NCBI RefSeq assembly: GCF_988242995.1
Contig: NZ_OZ547043.1
DNA length: 64,000 nucleotides
Reading direction: 5' to 3' (one strand)
The position numbers and the translations under genes are program-made. Position 1 is the first letter of the stretch; every line of letters starts with the position of its first letter. Shown here one piece after another: positions 1-13,117 of the stretch. Under the pieces are notes generated by a model. That model did no database searches, had not been told where the DNA came from, and saw only the letters and a program-made list of their open reading frames with translations.

Positions 1-347
1 ATAAAACGTCATCGCTGCGTAAATCGGTATGCAGCGATCTCCTCACTCTTTTTAATTCTCCTCATTCGGCATTACCGTCATTACTTGTTTCAGGCATGCC
101 CGAGTGGCAAGTGCATAACCCGAGCGACAAACATCTCCAGAGCTGGTATTGCCGTCAGCTGCGTTCTGCACTGTTATTTCATGAGCCACGGATTGCGGCG
201 TTGCAGGTTAATTTGAAAGAAGCGTACTGCCACACTCTGGCGATCAGCCTTGAGATAATGCTGTACCACGACGATGAACCGCTAACGTTTGATCTGGTCT
301 GGGATAATGGCGGTTGGCGCAGTGCGACGCTGGAGAATGTCAGCTAA
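1..347 (+). CDS. iraD: Anti-adaptor protein IraD (YjiD), 3' portion only; gene starts upstream of the window
   Basis: Open frame runs from the window edge (translation from nt 3: [31 protein letters not shown], continuing into the ORF-track peptide [21 protein letters not shown]...); stop at 345-347; matches IraD C-terminus from memory. Confidence 0.8.
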   Translation, partial: KTSSLRKSVCSDLLTLFNSPHSALPSLLVSGMPEWQVHNPSDKHLQSWYCRQLRSALLFHEPRIAALQVNLKEAYCHTLAISLEIMLYHDDEPLTFDLVWDNGGWRSATLENVS

Positions 348-1251
348 GCACAATCTCCAGCTCGCGCAGTTCACGCCAGAAGCGTTCGGCAACGGGATTC
401 ATGCGGGTATTCATCCGGTATGCATAGGCCTGAATCGGGATCACCAGTTCGTCCCGATTCAGTACAACGAGCTTCCCGCTGCGAATTTCTTGTTGGATGG
501 CGTACTCCGGCAGCCAGGCAATCCCACAGCCGTCGAGGGCAACCTGCTTTAAAAGCTCGCTCATCGAAGAGACAAAAAAGGTGCTGAAACTTAACTCACT
601 GTGGCGCGTCAGGGTGCGATTAATCAATCGCCCCATGTAGGAGTTGCGGCTGTAATTCAGTAACGGAAAGTGTGGCTGCGCGAGGTTAAAAAGTGCTTCT
701 CCGTGTTCGTCACTGGCGCAGACAGGGAACAATTGAGATTCAAATAAGCGAATGTGGTCAAACGGCGCTTCCAGCAAATCTTCGTCGTGAAAGGAAAAAA
801 TACAGTCACTTTGCCCTTCACGCAGTTTATCGACCGCTTCATCGACATCAATAGCTTCAATTGCCCAGGTAAAGAGCGGCGGCATCTGGCTGATAATGGA
901 CGGTAACAGCCCGAGGGAAAGAGAGTGTGCAGCGGCTATCTTGATTTTTCGTTGCGCGTAATCGCTGCCGCCACGCAGCTCTGCCAGATTGCTCTCTAAC
1001 TGTTGCAACAGATGGCGGATCTGCGAATGGAAGATTTTCCCTTGTTCTGAGAGTTGCAGCGGCGTTACCTGGCGGTTAAACAATTCAACACCAATCGCCT
1101 GTTCCAGCGCACGGATGCGGCGGCTGAATGCCGGTTGCGAGACGTTGCGACTGACTGCCGCCTGGGAAAAATTGCGGCATTTTTCCAGGGTCAGAAAATC
1201 ATAAAGCCATTTGGTTTCAATATTATGCAAAATCGCACCACAGTCATCCAT
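340..1251 (-). CDS. hypT: LysR-family transcriptional regulator HypT (YjiE), hypochlorite-responsive
   Basis: 303-aa ORF; N-terminal LysR HTH ([31 protein letters not shown]); synteny with iadA. Confidence 0.85.
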   Translation of the reverse strand: MDDCGAILHNIETKWLYDFLTLEKCRNFSQAAVSRNVSQPAFSRRIRALEQAIGVELFNRQVTPLQLSEQGKIFHSQIRHLLQQLESNLAELRGGSDYAQRKIKIAAAHSLSLGLLPSIISQMPPLFTWAIEAIDVDEAVDKLREGQSDCIFSFHDEDLLEAPFDHIRLFESQLFPVCASDEHGEALFNLAQPHFPLLNYSRNSYMGRLINRTLTRHSELSFSTFFVSSMSELLKQVALDGCGIAWLPEYAIQQEIRSGKLVVLNRDELVIPIQAYAYRMNTRMNPVAERFWRELRELEIVLS

Positions 1252-1315
1252 TACGTTTTACTCTGTCAGCCGCCCTTGCGGGCATTCTACGTCCATTCGG
1301 GCGGCTGACAACCGT

Positions 1316-2488
1316 TTAAGCCGTTTCAAACGTTCCTTTCACGCAGGCTTTGCCGTCTTTGACCATCAGTTTGCCGCGAGCGTATACCTGCTCAATGCGC
1401 AGTTCTGGCGTCATGACCAGCAAGTCAGCATCATTGCCTGGCAGAATTTCGCCTTTCCCGGTCAGGTTAAGGAAACCGGCTACGCTACTGGTGAGCGGGC
1501 GCAGGGCATCGCTGATACTGAAATCATAGTCTTTGACCAGCACCTGCACGGTTTCCAGCAACGTTTCAAAACCGGCAACACCGATATGGGTTAAATTCCC
1601 TTCGTCATCGAAGAACGGCTGGCTACCGTTGCCGTCGGAGCTGAGGGTGACGCGTGCCAGCGGAATACCCGCCTGAACGGCGCGGGCAATACCTTCGGCA
1701 GGGGCGACCGGTTCGTCAATGCTGCTGGTGATATCGATGGTGCCGCCTTTGCGCGCGAACTCCAGCGCCTGCTCAAACAACGGTACGTTGCGGTTAACGT
1801 GGGTCGGCAGCAGCTTGCTGATCGGCACATCGCAGTTTTCCAGCAGGTCATAAATAGGCTGTAACGCCTTTTTACTGTCGCCCATGTGGAACACGGTGAC
1901 GCCAGGTTTACCGCCGAGCAAACCGCCAACGCGGGATTCTGCCGCCATATTGGCCAGGCGATAAACGTCCGGTGCGGCAGAACGGTGATCAGAGATGGCG
2001 CATTTCACGCCAATCACACGATCGATAATCGCCACGTCTTTTTCCACGGAACCCGTAATGGTGCGGGAAGGGACATGATAAGCGCCGGTCAGCATCCAGG
2101 CGCTGATGCCTTCTTCATTGAGCGCACGGGTCTTGGCGAGCAGGGATTCCGGGTGGCGAGAGATAGAGTCGGTGCCCAGCAGACCAACCACTGACGTGAC
2201 GCCCGCTTCCGTCAGGCGACTTAGCGCCACTTCCGGCGTGCGCGTCGTGGGACCTGCTTCGCCGCCACCGCCAATCAAATGGACGTGTTGATCAATAAAA
2301 CCTGGGCAGAGGATCTGCCCACTGAGATCGACAACCGTGCAGTTCGGTACAATGTCAGAAGGGATATTGCTGGCAACGGCGATAATTTTGCCGTTAGCGA
2401 CGAGGACATCGCAAATTCCCCGATCTTCCGGCGCATACAAATGCGCTCCCTGCAGCAGGGTAAAACCGGCTGCGGTATAATCAATCAT
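1316..2488 (-). CDS. iadA: Isoaspartyl dipeptidase IadA (amidohydrolase superfamily)
   Basis: 390-aa ORF; metal-binding HxH near N-terminus (IDQHVHLIGGGGE); matches E. coli IadA length and synteny. Confidence 0.9.
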   Translation of the reverse strand: MIDYTAAGFTLLQGAHLYAPEDRGICDVLVANGKIIAVASNIPSDIVPNCTVVDLSGQILCPGFIDQHVHLIGGGGEAGPTTRTPEVALSRLTEAGVTSVVGLLGTDSISRHPESLLAKTRALNEEGISAWMLTGAYHVPSRTITGSVEKDVAIIDRVIGVKCAISDHRSAAPDVYRLANMAAESRVGGLLGGKPGVTVFHMGDSKKALQPIYDLLENCDVPISKLLPTHVNRNVPLFEQALEFARKGGTIDITSSIDEPVAPAEGIARAVQAGIPLARVTLSSDGNGSQPFFDDEGNLTHIGVAGFETLLETVQVLVKDYDFSISDALRPLTSSVAGFLNLTGKGEILPGNDADLLVMTPELRIEQVYARGKLMVKDGKACVKGTFETA

Positions 2489-2500
2489 GGTAACTCCTTG

Positions 2501-2962
2501 TTAAACAATAAGCTGCATAACCCAGATCGACAGCAATGCGTTAATCACGCAGACCGTAATGATATGCGGGTAATATTTGGCATTCACTTCGGCTGTCCCC
2601 AGGCAGCGACCGACATTTTGCACCGGGTTGCCCATTAAATACATCGCGGGCAGTAAAACGGTGACATCGTGACCGGTTAATGCGCCAGCGGTTGCCAGAC
2701 TGGCGGCAACACCGACTGCGCCACCCATACTCATTAATGCGGCTAAAAGGACGGTTGCCGCTTCACCGGGTAATCCCCACAGCGCCATTACGGGTTCACA
2801 GATATGCCCCACCCAGTCGAGCAGGCCGGTAATTTTCAGCGCCTGAATGATGACAAACGCCATCACCACGTTTGGCAGCAGGTTGGTCGTGGCGATAGTA
2901 AAGCCACGGCGCGCGCCATCGATAAACATATCCATGACGTTTTTGCGGACCTGAGTTGTCAT
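2501..2962 (-). CDS. yjiG: Inner-membrane protein YjiG (SpmB-like nucleoside-recognition-domain half-transporter)
   Basis: 153-aa hydrophobic ORF; 4-nt ATGA overlap with yjiH stop implies translational coupling. Confidence 0.8.
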   Translation of the reverse strand: MTTQVRKNVMDMFIDGARRGFTIATTNLLPNVVMAFVIIQALKITGLLDWVGHICEPVMALWGLPGEAATVLLAALMSMGGAVGVAASLATAGALTGHDVTVLLPAMYLMGNPVQNVGRCLGTAEVNAKYYPHIITVCVINALLSIWVMQLIV

Positions 2963-3642
2963 GCTTGCGCTCCTTGCGTTGGGTTGCGACGTTCTTCGAA
3001 GTTAAGCCAGACGCGCAAAATGTTGGCTCCGACAAATTTAAACACCAGGATGACGGCTAAAGGTACGATTACGGACGTGCCCAGAAAGGCAAACACCGCG
3101 ACGCCGGAAGAGAAGTAGTTGGTGATGATGGCGCTACCGCTGGTTTGATATGCGGCGAAAATCACTTTATCGCGTTCGGTAATTTCACCTTCCTGCGCCA
3201 GCTCTTTGGTCATACCGGCGGCGGCATCGGTGTTTTGCAGGTTAGCGATCAGCGCCAGCGAGCAGATCCCAGGAATGCCCAACAACGGTTTTAGCACAGG
3301 TGTCATTAACTGCTGCGCGGCGCGTAATCCACCAAGACCATCGGTAATTGAAATAATCCCCAGAGAGAGAATGACTGACGGTGCCAGCTCCAGCGCAAAG
3401 AGAAAGCCATCTTTAGCCCCCGCGCCACCCGCGCCGCGAAATGAGGTGGTGGCTCCGTTCGCACCAGGCAGTTGCCCAAACGATCCGTTCAGAACGGAAA
3501 AATCAAAAACGCGCCACCAGCTGTCTGTTCCGGAAAAAACACCGGAAAAAAAGATTATGGTGAGAAAAAAGGCCAGATACCCTTTAATGCCCACTTTTTC
3601 TGTCGCCAGCTCCCCGGCTACAGCATCCCCTTGTTGTGTCAT
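2959..3642 (-). CDS. yjiH: Inner-membrane protein YjiH (SpmA-like)
   Basis: ORF-track 231 aa; start placed at the second Met (227 aa), which has an upstream GGGGA Shine-Dalgarno; hydrophobic membrane protein. Confidence 0.75.
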   Translation of the reverse strand: MTQQGDAVAGELATEKVGIKGYLAFFLTIIFFSGVFSGTDSWWRVFDFSVLNGSFGQLPGANGATTSFRGAGGAGAKDGFLFALELAPSVILSLGIISITDGLGGLRAAQQLMTPVLKPLLGIPGICSLALIANLQNTDAAAGMTKELAQEGEITERDKVIFAAYQTSGSAIITNYFSSGVAVFAFLGTSVIVPLAVILVFKFVGANILRVWLNFEERRNPTQGAQA

Positions 3643-3891
3643 AACAATCCCCATTGTTTTTTTGTGTTTGTGTGTTGCTTGAGCCAGGAAAATTCCTGGA
3701 ACTGAAAAACCTTATCAGCCATGTGGGTATGGGGAAAATGCAAGTATGTTTCTGGCTATGCGTTTTTTGCATAGCGGAAAAATTACGCTGTGTGGAAAAG
3801 GCTCTGCGCAGGATTGAGTTGCAGAAAATTCATAAACCAAGTGACAATGACATCAGTAAATAAAAACAGAAAATCCAGGGACGAAAACGAG

Positions 3892-4446
3892 ATGGCAAAG
3901 TACAACGAAAAAGAGCTGGCGGATACGAGCAAGTTTTTAAGTTTTGTCCTCCGACACAAACCGGAGGCGATTGGTATCGTACTGGACCGTGAAGGATGGG
4001 CGGATATCGATAAGCTCATACTTTGTGCCCAAAAAGCGGGCAAGCGGTTAACCCGTGCATTGCTGGATACTGTGGTTGCCACCAGCGATAAAAAGCGTTT
4101 TAGTTATTCCAGTGATGGTAGGTGCATCCGCGCGGTTCAGGGGCATTCGACTTCGCAGGTCGCTATTTCCTTTGCCGAAAAAACACCGCCACAGTTTCTC
4201 TACCACGGTACGGCAAGCCGTTTCCTTGACGAGATAAAAAAACAGGGGCTGATTGCAGGTGAGCGTCACTACGTACATCTCTCTGCTGATGAAGCAACGG
4301 CACGCAAAGTGGGAGCAAGACACGGATCGCCGGTTATTTTAACCGTCAAAGCACAGGAAATGGCGAAACGAGGCCTCCCTTTCTGGCAAGCGGAAAACGG
4401 GGTCTGGCTGACATCAACGGTTGCGGTTGAGTTTCTTGAGTGGTAA
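3892..4446 (+). CDS. kptA: RNA 2'-phosphotransferase KptA (Tpt1 family)
   Basis: ORF-track frame starts at GTG 3790, but the 184-aa product from ATG 3892 ([25 protein letters not shown]...) matches KptA; conserved Tpt1 HxSxD-like region ([15 protein letters not shown]). Confidence 0.85.
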   Translation: MAKYNEKELADTSKFLSFVLRHKPEAIGIVLDREGWADIDKLILCAQKAGKRLTRALLDTVVATSDKKRFSYSSDGRCIRAVQGHSTSQVAISFAEKTPPQFLYHGTASRFLDEIKKQGLIAGERHYVHLSADEATARKVGARHGSPVILTVKAQEMAKRGLPFWQAENGVWLTSTVAVEFLEW

Positions 4447-4458
4447 GGGAAACTTCCC

Positions 4459-5637
4459 TCATGAAGTGACCACTTGTAGCTTAAATAATTGCACTGTGCT
4501 GATAAGCGCAGCAATAAACAACGCCGCCGCGCCGCAGAGAGTGGCGCTGGCAAGCGCCGATGTTCCATTGCTGAGCATACTGGTCAGCGCCGGGCCGAGG
4601 ATTTGCCCAATGCCGTAAATGAGCGTCACAAAGCCTAAAAGATTGAGATTTCCCGGTACGCTCAGTTGGCGGGCGATAGTCATCACCAGAGATGTCGTGC
4701 CCATAAAGGTACCGCCAAAACCAAGACTGCTGATGATAAGCAAGAGAGGCGAGTCGCTGGCGAGAGTAAGCAGCACACAGATAGCCTGCACCAGCAAATT
4801 CGCCGTCAGGCAGGGCAAAGCCCCCCAACGTTTTGCTGCCCATAGCCAGCCAAAGCAACCAGGCACAATTGATAAGCCGACTAACGTCCAGAGATGGGCG
4901 GTTAACAATGGTGAGCCTGCATCTTTCGCCATGAGCGGCAGGTAAGTCGCGACGATGATATAACCAAATCCCGCCAGGCCGTACAGAATAGCCAGTAACC
5001 ACCAGCTCATTATCTGTTGCTCCGTTTTTGCCAATGGCATTGGTGTGATGGCGTGTTTTTTCGAGGGCATTAAAAGCGTAAGTGCAATCAGCATCATGCC
5101 AGAAAGCGCCCCGGCGCCTTGCCATAACGTTTGCGAGGAGAGGTCAAAATGCAGGCCTGCCAGAACATATTCATTGCCCAGTGCGATGCCAATGCCAACG
5201 CCAGAAAACAAAGCTGCCAGCACAAAAGGATGGCGCGTGTGCTGCATAATCAGCGTCGAACCAAAAATCAGCATACCGGCGCTGGCGACACCCGCCAGGA
5301 CGCGAATCAATAACACCAGAATAAATGGCGGCAACCATGCCATTGCGAGGATCAACAACCCGCTCGCCAGGGCAGAAGCCAACAGAAATGGGCGCAGGCG
5401 CGATGGCTGGTGAAATGCGCCAAAAGAAAATAGCAGACTGCCAGCCAGATACCCCGCATAGTTGCCGCTGGCAATCCACGAGAGCTGGCTAAATGAAAAC
5501 GATCCTTCCGCCATCATGACGGGCAACATAGGCGTATAAAGGAAGCGGCCTAAACCCATACCTAAGGTCAGAACCAGCATCCCGAAAAGCGCGGTGCTGA
5601 AAGAAAAGCGTTCTACGGGATGCGTGGACGAAGGCAT
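4459..5637 (-). CDS. yjiJ: MFS-family transporter YjiJ
   Basis: 392-aa ORF, about 12 predicted hydrophobic helices; synteny. Confidence 0.85.
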
Positions 5638-5704
5638 GTTTAACCTTGTTTGTCATTTTTGTTGTTAACAAGTTAATAACAAAAAGGTGAAGCATGCCAG
5701 CCTG

Positions 5705-7657
<1,953 letters not shown>

Positions 7658-7660
7658 TCC

Positions 7661-8812
7661 TTACAGCATCTCAATAAAGGCCGCGACACGGGTACTGAGC
7701 TGCCCGACATCCGAGGTGGAGTAGTCTGTTTCAATAGCGATATAAGGAATGTTGTGCTGCTGGCGCACATGACGTTTAATCGCCAGCGATTCCACCGCGT
7801 AGGTATGGCACGCCTGCAAAATCACATCAACTACGCCATCGACCTGATATTCCTCCACCATCTGGCTGAGCATTTTCAGGCGCTGATCGTTCGGCGAAAC
7901 ACAGGAGCAGCCAATCGCCAGATATTTATCCGCCAGCGCGTCGTAGACATCGCCCGTTTCTGCCACGCATTGCTCGGTCGCTTTCGCCCCGGTGCAGTTT
8001 TCATAACCGACAACCCAGCCGCCATTCTCTTCAATCGCGCGCACCACTTTTTCTGCTGCGCCGCCAATCGGGCAGCCGGTGATTAAAATGCGCGGACGCG
8101 GGTCCAGTCGCTGGCCTTCTTCCCACTGCTGACGAACGCGGGCGGTCATTGCATCCAGTTCATTGATCAACGCCTCTTTATCGAACCGGAAGGTTGCGCC
8201 GTAAACCACTTTCAGAATGTCGCTGCCGCTAAGCGCCGGAGGATTTAACTGCCCAAGATGATAAAAATTAGCCAGTGCGCGACGTTCGCGGTTTTTCAGC
8301 GCAATGGCATCGCGCAGAGCATCTTCGCTAATCTCGTGCCCAAAACGTTCTTCTACCGTTTTTTGCAAGCGCAGCATCTCGGCTTTCCATAACGCACGCG
8401 AGGCATCGTCCTTAACGCTGTTGGGCAATTGCATCACATGAACAGGCTTAAACTCCGCCATGTATTCATACATTTTCTTTTTGCCGTCGCAGGTGGTTTC
8501 ACCGACCACCAGATCCGAAAAGTAGAAGTAGGGGCATTTATCGGTTTTGCCGAAGCCGTAGCTGCTTTTAATCAGCGGGCAGAGGTTGCGCGGCAGATCT
8601 TTCTCCGCTTCTTCAATGGTTTCATCAGAGGTGGAACAGAGCGAAACCACAACCGCACCGGCTGCCATCGGGATCTCTTGCGGCATAAAGGTGCAGTAAG
8701 TGCCAACCAGCGGAATGCCGCGCTCCTTGAGATCCATGACGGTGAGAAAGCCTGTCTGGCGAGCTTCAGAGAACTGATCGAAAATGGCGGGTAGATCGGT
8801 GACAAGTGACAT
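7661..8812 (-). CDS. yjiM: 2-hydroxyglutaryl-CoA dehydratase D-component-like protein YjiM
   Basis: ORF-track frame starts at GTG 8833; internal ATG at 8812 with a GGAAGGAAA Shine-Dalgarno gives 383 aa; HgdB-like family; 3-nt gap to yjiL. Confidence 0.85.
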   Translation of the reverse strand: MSLVTDLPAIFDQFSEARQTGFLTVMDLKERGIPLVGTYCTFMPQEIPMAAGAVVVSLCSTSDETIEEAEKDLPRNLCPLIKSSYGFGKTDKCPYFYFSDLVVGETTCDGKKKMYEYMAEFKPVHVMQLPNSVKDDASRALWKAEMLRLQKTVEERFGHEISEDALRDAIALKNRERRALANFYHLGQLNPPALSGSDILKVVYGATFRFDKEALINELDAMTARVRQQWEEGQRLDPRPRILITGCPIGGAAEKVVRAIEENGGWVVGYENCTGAKATEQCVAETGDVYDALADKYLAIGCSCVSPNDQRLKMLSQMVEEYQVDGVVDVILQACHTYAVESLAIKRHVRQQHNIPYIAIETDYSTSDVGQLSTRVAAFIEML

Positions 8813-8927
8813 GATTTTCCTTCCCCGTACCACGGGAGATAATGAAAAGAGGCCACATTATTACCATTCTTTTAGTATGGTTTATTTGATCTCTCTCGCG
8901 GTTAGCCACTTAGTTTTTCATGGATTT

Positions 8928-10208
8928 CTAAAAATTGCCGAGGGGGAACAAGGCCGGGAGCTGCGACAGCAAATATAAAATTAGCCCAATACAACCGCCA
9001 ACCAGCGTACCGTTGACACGAATAAACTGCAGATCTTTGCCGATATTTAACTCTATTTGCCGCGACATATCCCGCGCATCCCAGCTTTTTACCGTATCGC
9101 TGATGTGGCGCGTCAGGAATGCGGAAAACTCAGGCGCGACGCGGTGCGCGGCTTGTTCAAGATGACCATTTAACGACGCCCGCAAGGCATCATCGGCAAT
9201 TAACGTTTCGCCAAACCATTGACCCGCTCGTGCGATGCGTTCTTTCACACGAGAATCTTCACTGTTGATATCCACTTTCAGCCATTCCCGTAAATCCCCC
9301 CACAATTCACTGAGATAGCGATTAAAAGCTTCATCTTCTTTCAGATAGCTTTTTACGGCATCGGCTCGCGCTGCCATTTCCGGATCGTTTTTCAGCTTGT
9401 CGATCAGGGCGAAGGTGGCGCGATCAAACGCATGGCGGATCTGATGCGCACGATCGCGACTAATATCATCAAGCAAAGAATTCACCGCGTCAGAAACCAA
9501 CTCCGCGCTATGTTCGCCCAACCATTCGGTGGGGAGAATTTTGGCTTTCAGTGGATGCTCGCTCTCCAGCCAGCGAACAATTTGCTGGGCGATAAACTTG
9601 CGCGATTTATCGCGCTGGAGAAGGGCGATCAACTGTGCGATCAGCGTATCCAGCAGCACCTGATGACGATCGTTTTTGGTCATACTCTCCAGCATCAACG
9701 CACTGGTGCCGGAAAGATCGACCTTATCAATCGCCCGATGGACCGCGCGCTTAAGCAGGCGCTGAATACGCGCATCATCGGTAAGTTCGAGAAAACCGCT
9801 CATGATCTGCAACAGATGCTGACCAACGCGGCGGGCGTTTTCTGGCTGGCTAAACCAGTTGCCAATCAGCAACGCCGGTTCGTGGCGTCGAATCAATGCC
9901 ACCAGGGATTGAGTATCAAGAAATTTTTCCTGCACGAACTGGCCGAGATTTTCGCCAATCCGGTCTTTATTACGCGGGATAATCGCCGTATGGCGAGAAA
10001 TGATCGGAATCGGCACGCGGCGAAACAGCGCCACCACCGCAAACCAGTCCGCCAGCGCGCCGACCATCGCCGCTTCAGCAATCGCCTTCACGCCGCTCAC
10101 CCAAAAATTGGGCGGCAAAAACAGCGTAACGACAAAGGTAGCAGCGGCGATAAGCAGTAAAGAGAGCGCCAACCTTTTGGCGCGTCTGAGTTCGATGAGT
10201 TTATTCAT
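8928..10208 (-). CDS. yjiN: DUF445-family inner-membrane protein YjiN
   Basis: 426-aa ORF with N- and C-terminal hydrophobic segments; synteny. Confidence 0.8.
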
Positions 10209-10248
10209 AACGTTAAGAATAGAGCCTGACGGCAGGATCGCGCAAAAA

Positions 10249-11481
10249 TCACTGCTCCTCCACTAGCTCGGCTGCCTGATGCTGGCGCACGCGATTGAGC
10301 AATCCCGCCAGGGTGAAAACGACGATAACGCCCGCCACAACGGCTAACAGATGAAACGGCAAGCGACCGCCGTTAAACCATAGCCAGCGGCCGATTTCGA
10401 CCGAGACCGACATCACCATCAGGATCACCATATTTAGCGATGCGGAGACGGTCCCTTTCGGTAACTTATTGGAAAACAGCGTAAAGCGGAATAAGGTCGG
10501 GAAAATCAAACCAATCCCGAAAGCATACAGACTGGTGCCCAGCACCGACCACAGCCAGACGTGCGGCGACAGCAGATTGCCGACAATCAACAGCGAGAGG
10601 CCGACCAGTTGAATGGGTACGGCACGCCAGATAAACCGCGGTTCGGTCGGATCTTTAACAAAACGCGCCACGATGGCATTCGCAACAATCACCGCGCCGA
10701 ACACCGGAACCTGTGTCCAGGCGAACTGCGAAGTTGTTAAGCTGCCTGCATCGATAAGGATCACCGGCGAGACAGCCACCCAGCTCATCATCGGGATATA
10801 GCTTAAAGAGATGGTTGCTGCGCCAAAGAGGAACAGCCGATTGCAAAAGACATTACGAAAATCGCGCAAGACGCTTTTGGCGCTAAACGGAACCGCGCCG
10901 CGCTTCACCGTCTCTGGCATCGCCAACAGTAAGCCAACAAATGAGATAAAACCCATAACCGCAATGATGGCAAAAAGGACTTTCCAGTGCATAAAGTGCA
11001 TCAGAGCTGCGCCGGAAAGCGGGCCGATAATCGGCGCAATCAGTACGATGGAGGTGATAATCGCCATCAACTTGATCCCTTTTGTCTGTCCGAACGCCTC
11101 CTGCACCGTGACATAACCAACGGTGGCAATAAAACAGATACTGGTGCCCTGAATTGCACGCGCGATAAGAAACTGTGTCATAGACGTTGTGAACATTGTC
11201 GCGGCGCAGGCAAGGGTAAAAATTAGCGCCCCGGTAATCAGCACCGGCCTGCGGCCAATTCTGTCGGAAAGCGGCCCCAGCAGCCACTGTAACGCCATAC
11301 CGCCAGCAAGATAGAGACTGACGGCAGCAGGGGCCAGACTGACATCGGCATTAAAATCACGTACCACATTAATGATCCCAGGCTGGATCAGATCCGTCGA
11401 CAGATACGCAGCAAAGTCATACAAAATCAACGCCATCGGGAAAAACAGCGTGGCGGCATGGCGGGTAAAAAAACGTGGCAT
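10249..11481 (-). CDS. mdtM: Multidrug efflux MFS transporter MdtM (YjiO)
   Basis: ORF-track 443 aa; start at internal ATG 11481 (AAGGAG Shine-Dalgarno upstream) gives 410 aa ([26 protein letters not shown]...); 12-TM MFS. Confidence 0.85.
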
Positions 11482-11959
11482 AACAAACAACTCCTTGTCC
11501 GGAGAACCCCAACGGGGAAAACGAAATTCAATACCGTCGGTAATGACGAAAGGCAGGTGAGAAGGGCAACGAGACTGCAAATGTACTGAATTTCATGTAA
11601 TCAACCACACTGCCTGTGAACACACAGACAGAGAAATACTTTCTGACTTAGGGTCAGAATGTATAACGATTACAAATAGTCATCAGCACATTACACCTCT
11701 TGAATTGATGGGTTGCATAGAAAATATACACCTTAAGTGTAATTAAAATTTGCGGTTAATCAAAAGAGCGCGGTGGAAAGGGGAATATCTGCCGGGTACA
11801 GGACATGTAAAACGCGAGCTTGTTTCCGGAAAAATGTATCGTTTGCAGAAGAATAAAAATAGCCTGGAAAGCGCCTCGGGGAATGGGAAATTGCCGGGTG
11901 AGAATGGTTTTGTTAGTCGCTAAAGTCAGGCCATCTTTTTCAACAGGTGATGGATCGCC

Positions 11960-12874
11960 ATGACAAACTTCACGACCAGCACGCCGCATGATGCATTATT
12001 TAAAACCTTTCTCACGCACCCTGACACTGCGCGGGATTTTATGGAGATTCACTTACCTAAAGATTTACGTGAACTGTGCGATCTCGATAGCTTAAAACTG
12101 GAATCCGCCAGCTTTGTCGATGAAAAATTGCGGGCGCTACACTCCGATATTTTATGGTCGGTAAAGACCCGCGAAGGCGATGGCTATATCTATGTGGTGA
12201 TTGAACATCAGAGCCGCGAGGACATTCATATGGCCTTTCGCCTGATGCGCTATTCCATGGCGGTGATGCAGCGCCATATAGAGCATGATAAACGCCAGCC
12301 GCTACCGTTGGTCATCCCGATGCTATTTTATCACGGTAGCCGTAGTCCTTACCCCTGGTCCCTGTGCTGGCTGGACGAATTTGCCGACCCGACTACCGCA
12401 CGGAAGCTTTATAACGCCGCGTTCCCGCTGGTGGATGTTACTGTCGTGCCAGACGACGAGATTGTGCAGCATCGCAGAGTCGCCCTGTTGGAGTTGATCC
12501 AAAAGCATATTCGCCAGCGCGATCTGATGGGGCTTATCGATCAACTGGTAGTATTACTGGTTACAGAGTGTGCTAATGACAGCCAGATAACTGCGCTGTT
12601 AAATTACATTTTACTGACTGGCGATGAAGCGCGTTTTAATGAGTTTATCAGTGAACTTACCCGTCGAATGCCACAACACAGGGAGCGAATAATGACGATT
12701 GCAGAGCGAATTCATAATGATGGATATATAAAAGGGGAGCAGCGCATTCTTCGATTGTTGTTGCAGAATGGGGCGGATCCTGAATGGATACAAAAGATTA
12801 CCGGACTTTCGGCAGAGCAAATGCAGGCATTAAGGCAGCCCTTGCCTGAGCGCTATTCATGGCTCAAGAGCTAA
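11960..12874 (+). CDS. rpnD: Recombination-promoting nuclease RpnD (YhgA/transposase_31 family, PD-(D/E)XK), intact 304 aa
   Basis: Single uninterrupted 304-aa ORF ([36 protein letters not shown]...), the characteristic Rpn N-terminus; K-12 carries this locus as the split pseudogene yjiP/yjiQ (from memory). Confidence 0.8.
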   Translation: MTNFTTSTPHDALFKTFLTHPDTARDFMEIHLPKDLRELCDLDSLKLESASFVDEKLRALHSDILWSVKTREGDGYIYVVIEHQSREDIHMAFRLMRYSMAVMQRHIEHDKRQPLPLVIPMLFYHGSRSPYPWSLCWLDEFADPTTARKLYNAAFPLVDVTVVPDDEIVQHRRVALLELIQKHIRQRDLMGLIDQLVVLLVTECANDSQITALLNYILLTGDEARFNEFISELTRRMPQHRERIMTIAERIHNDGYIKGEQRILRLLLQNGADPEWIQKITGLSAEQMQALRQPLPERYSWLKS

Positions 12875-12902
12875 TCAGAGACGGATGACAAACGCAAAGC
12901 AG

Positions 12903-13003
12903 CCTGATGCGCTATGCTTATCAGGTCTACATAACCCATTAAATATATTGAACTTTAAAGATTTTTGTAGACCTGGTCAGGCGTTCACATGGCATCCGGC
13001 ATG
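12903..13003. repeat. REP-type palindromic elements (pair) between rpnD and yjiR
   Basis: GCCTGATGCGCTATGCTTATCAGGTCTAC and a partner TGTAGACCTGGTCAGGCG...CATCCGGCATG; resemble the E. coli REP consensus. Confidence 0.6.
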
Positions 13004-13117
13004 AACAAAGCGTACTTTGCTTAATTCAGGCTGGAACGTGGCGATGACCCAGCAAAGATAAAACGAGTCACAGGTTATGCATGAGAGGAAATCAGGCGCT
13101 TCGCCGCTATTTCGAAT

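Noticed and set aside
96-347. 83-aa ORF treated as a complete gene
   Set aside because: The reading frame is open back to the window edge, so this is the C-terminal part of iraD, not an independent small gene.
3790-3891. N-terminal extensions in the ORF track (kptA here; likewise mdtM, yjiA, yjiH, yjiM, hpaX, hpaI, hpaH, hpaG, hpaR, lgoD, dnaT, yjjB, yjjP, btsT, mcrB)
   Set aside because: Longest-ORF calls begin at upstream or alternative start codons; internal ATGs with Shine-Dalgarno sequences give the remembered protein lengths and remove implausible gene overlaps.
4481-5125. 214-aa ORF in an alternative frame on the minus strand
   Set aside because: Lies inside the MFS transporter gene yjiJ in another frame; the yjiJ frame is the one with membrane-protein character.
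9432-10160. 242-aa ORF on the plus strand
   Set aside because: Antisense within yjiN; Arg/Gln-rich low-complexity product; no independent support.
11960-12874. rpnD as an IS transposase or mobile element
   Set aside because: It is transposase_31-like, but I found no terminal inverted repeats or target duplications; it is a chromosomal Rpn paralogue at its usual position.
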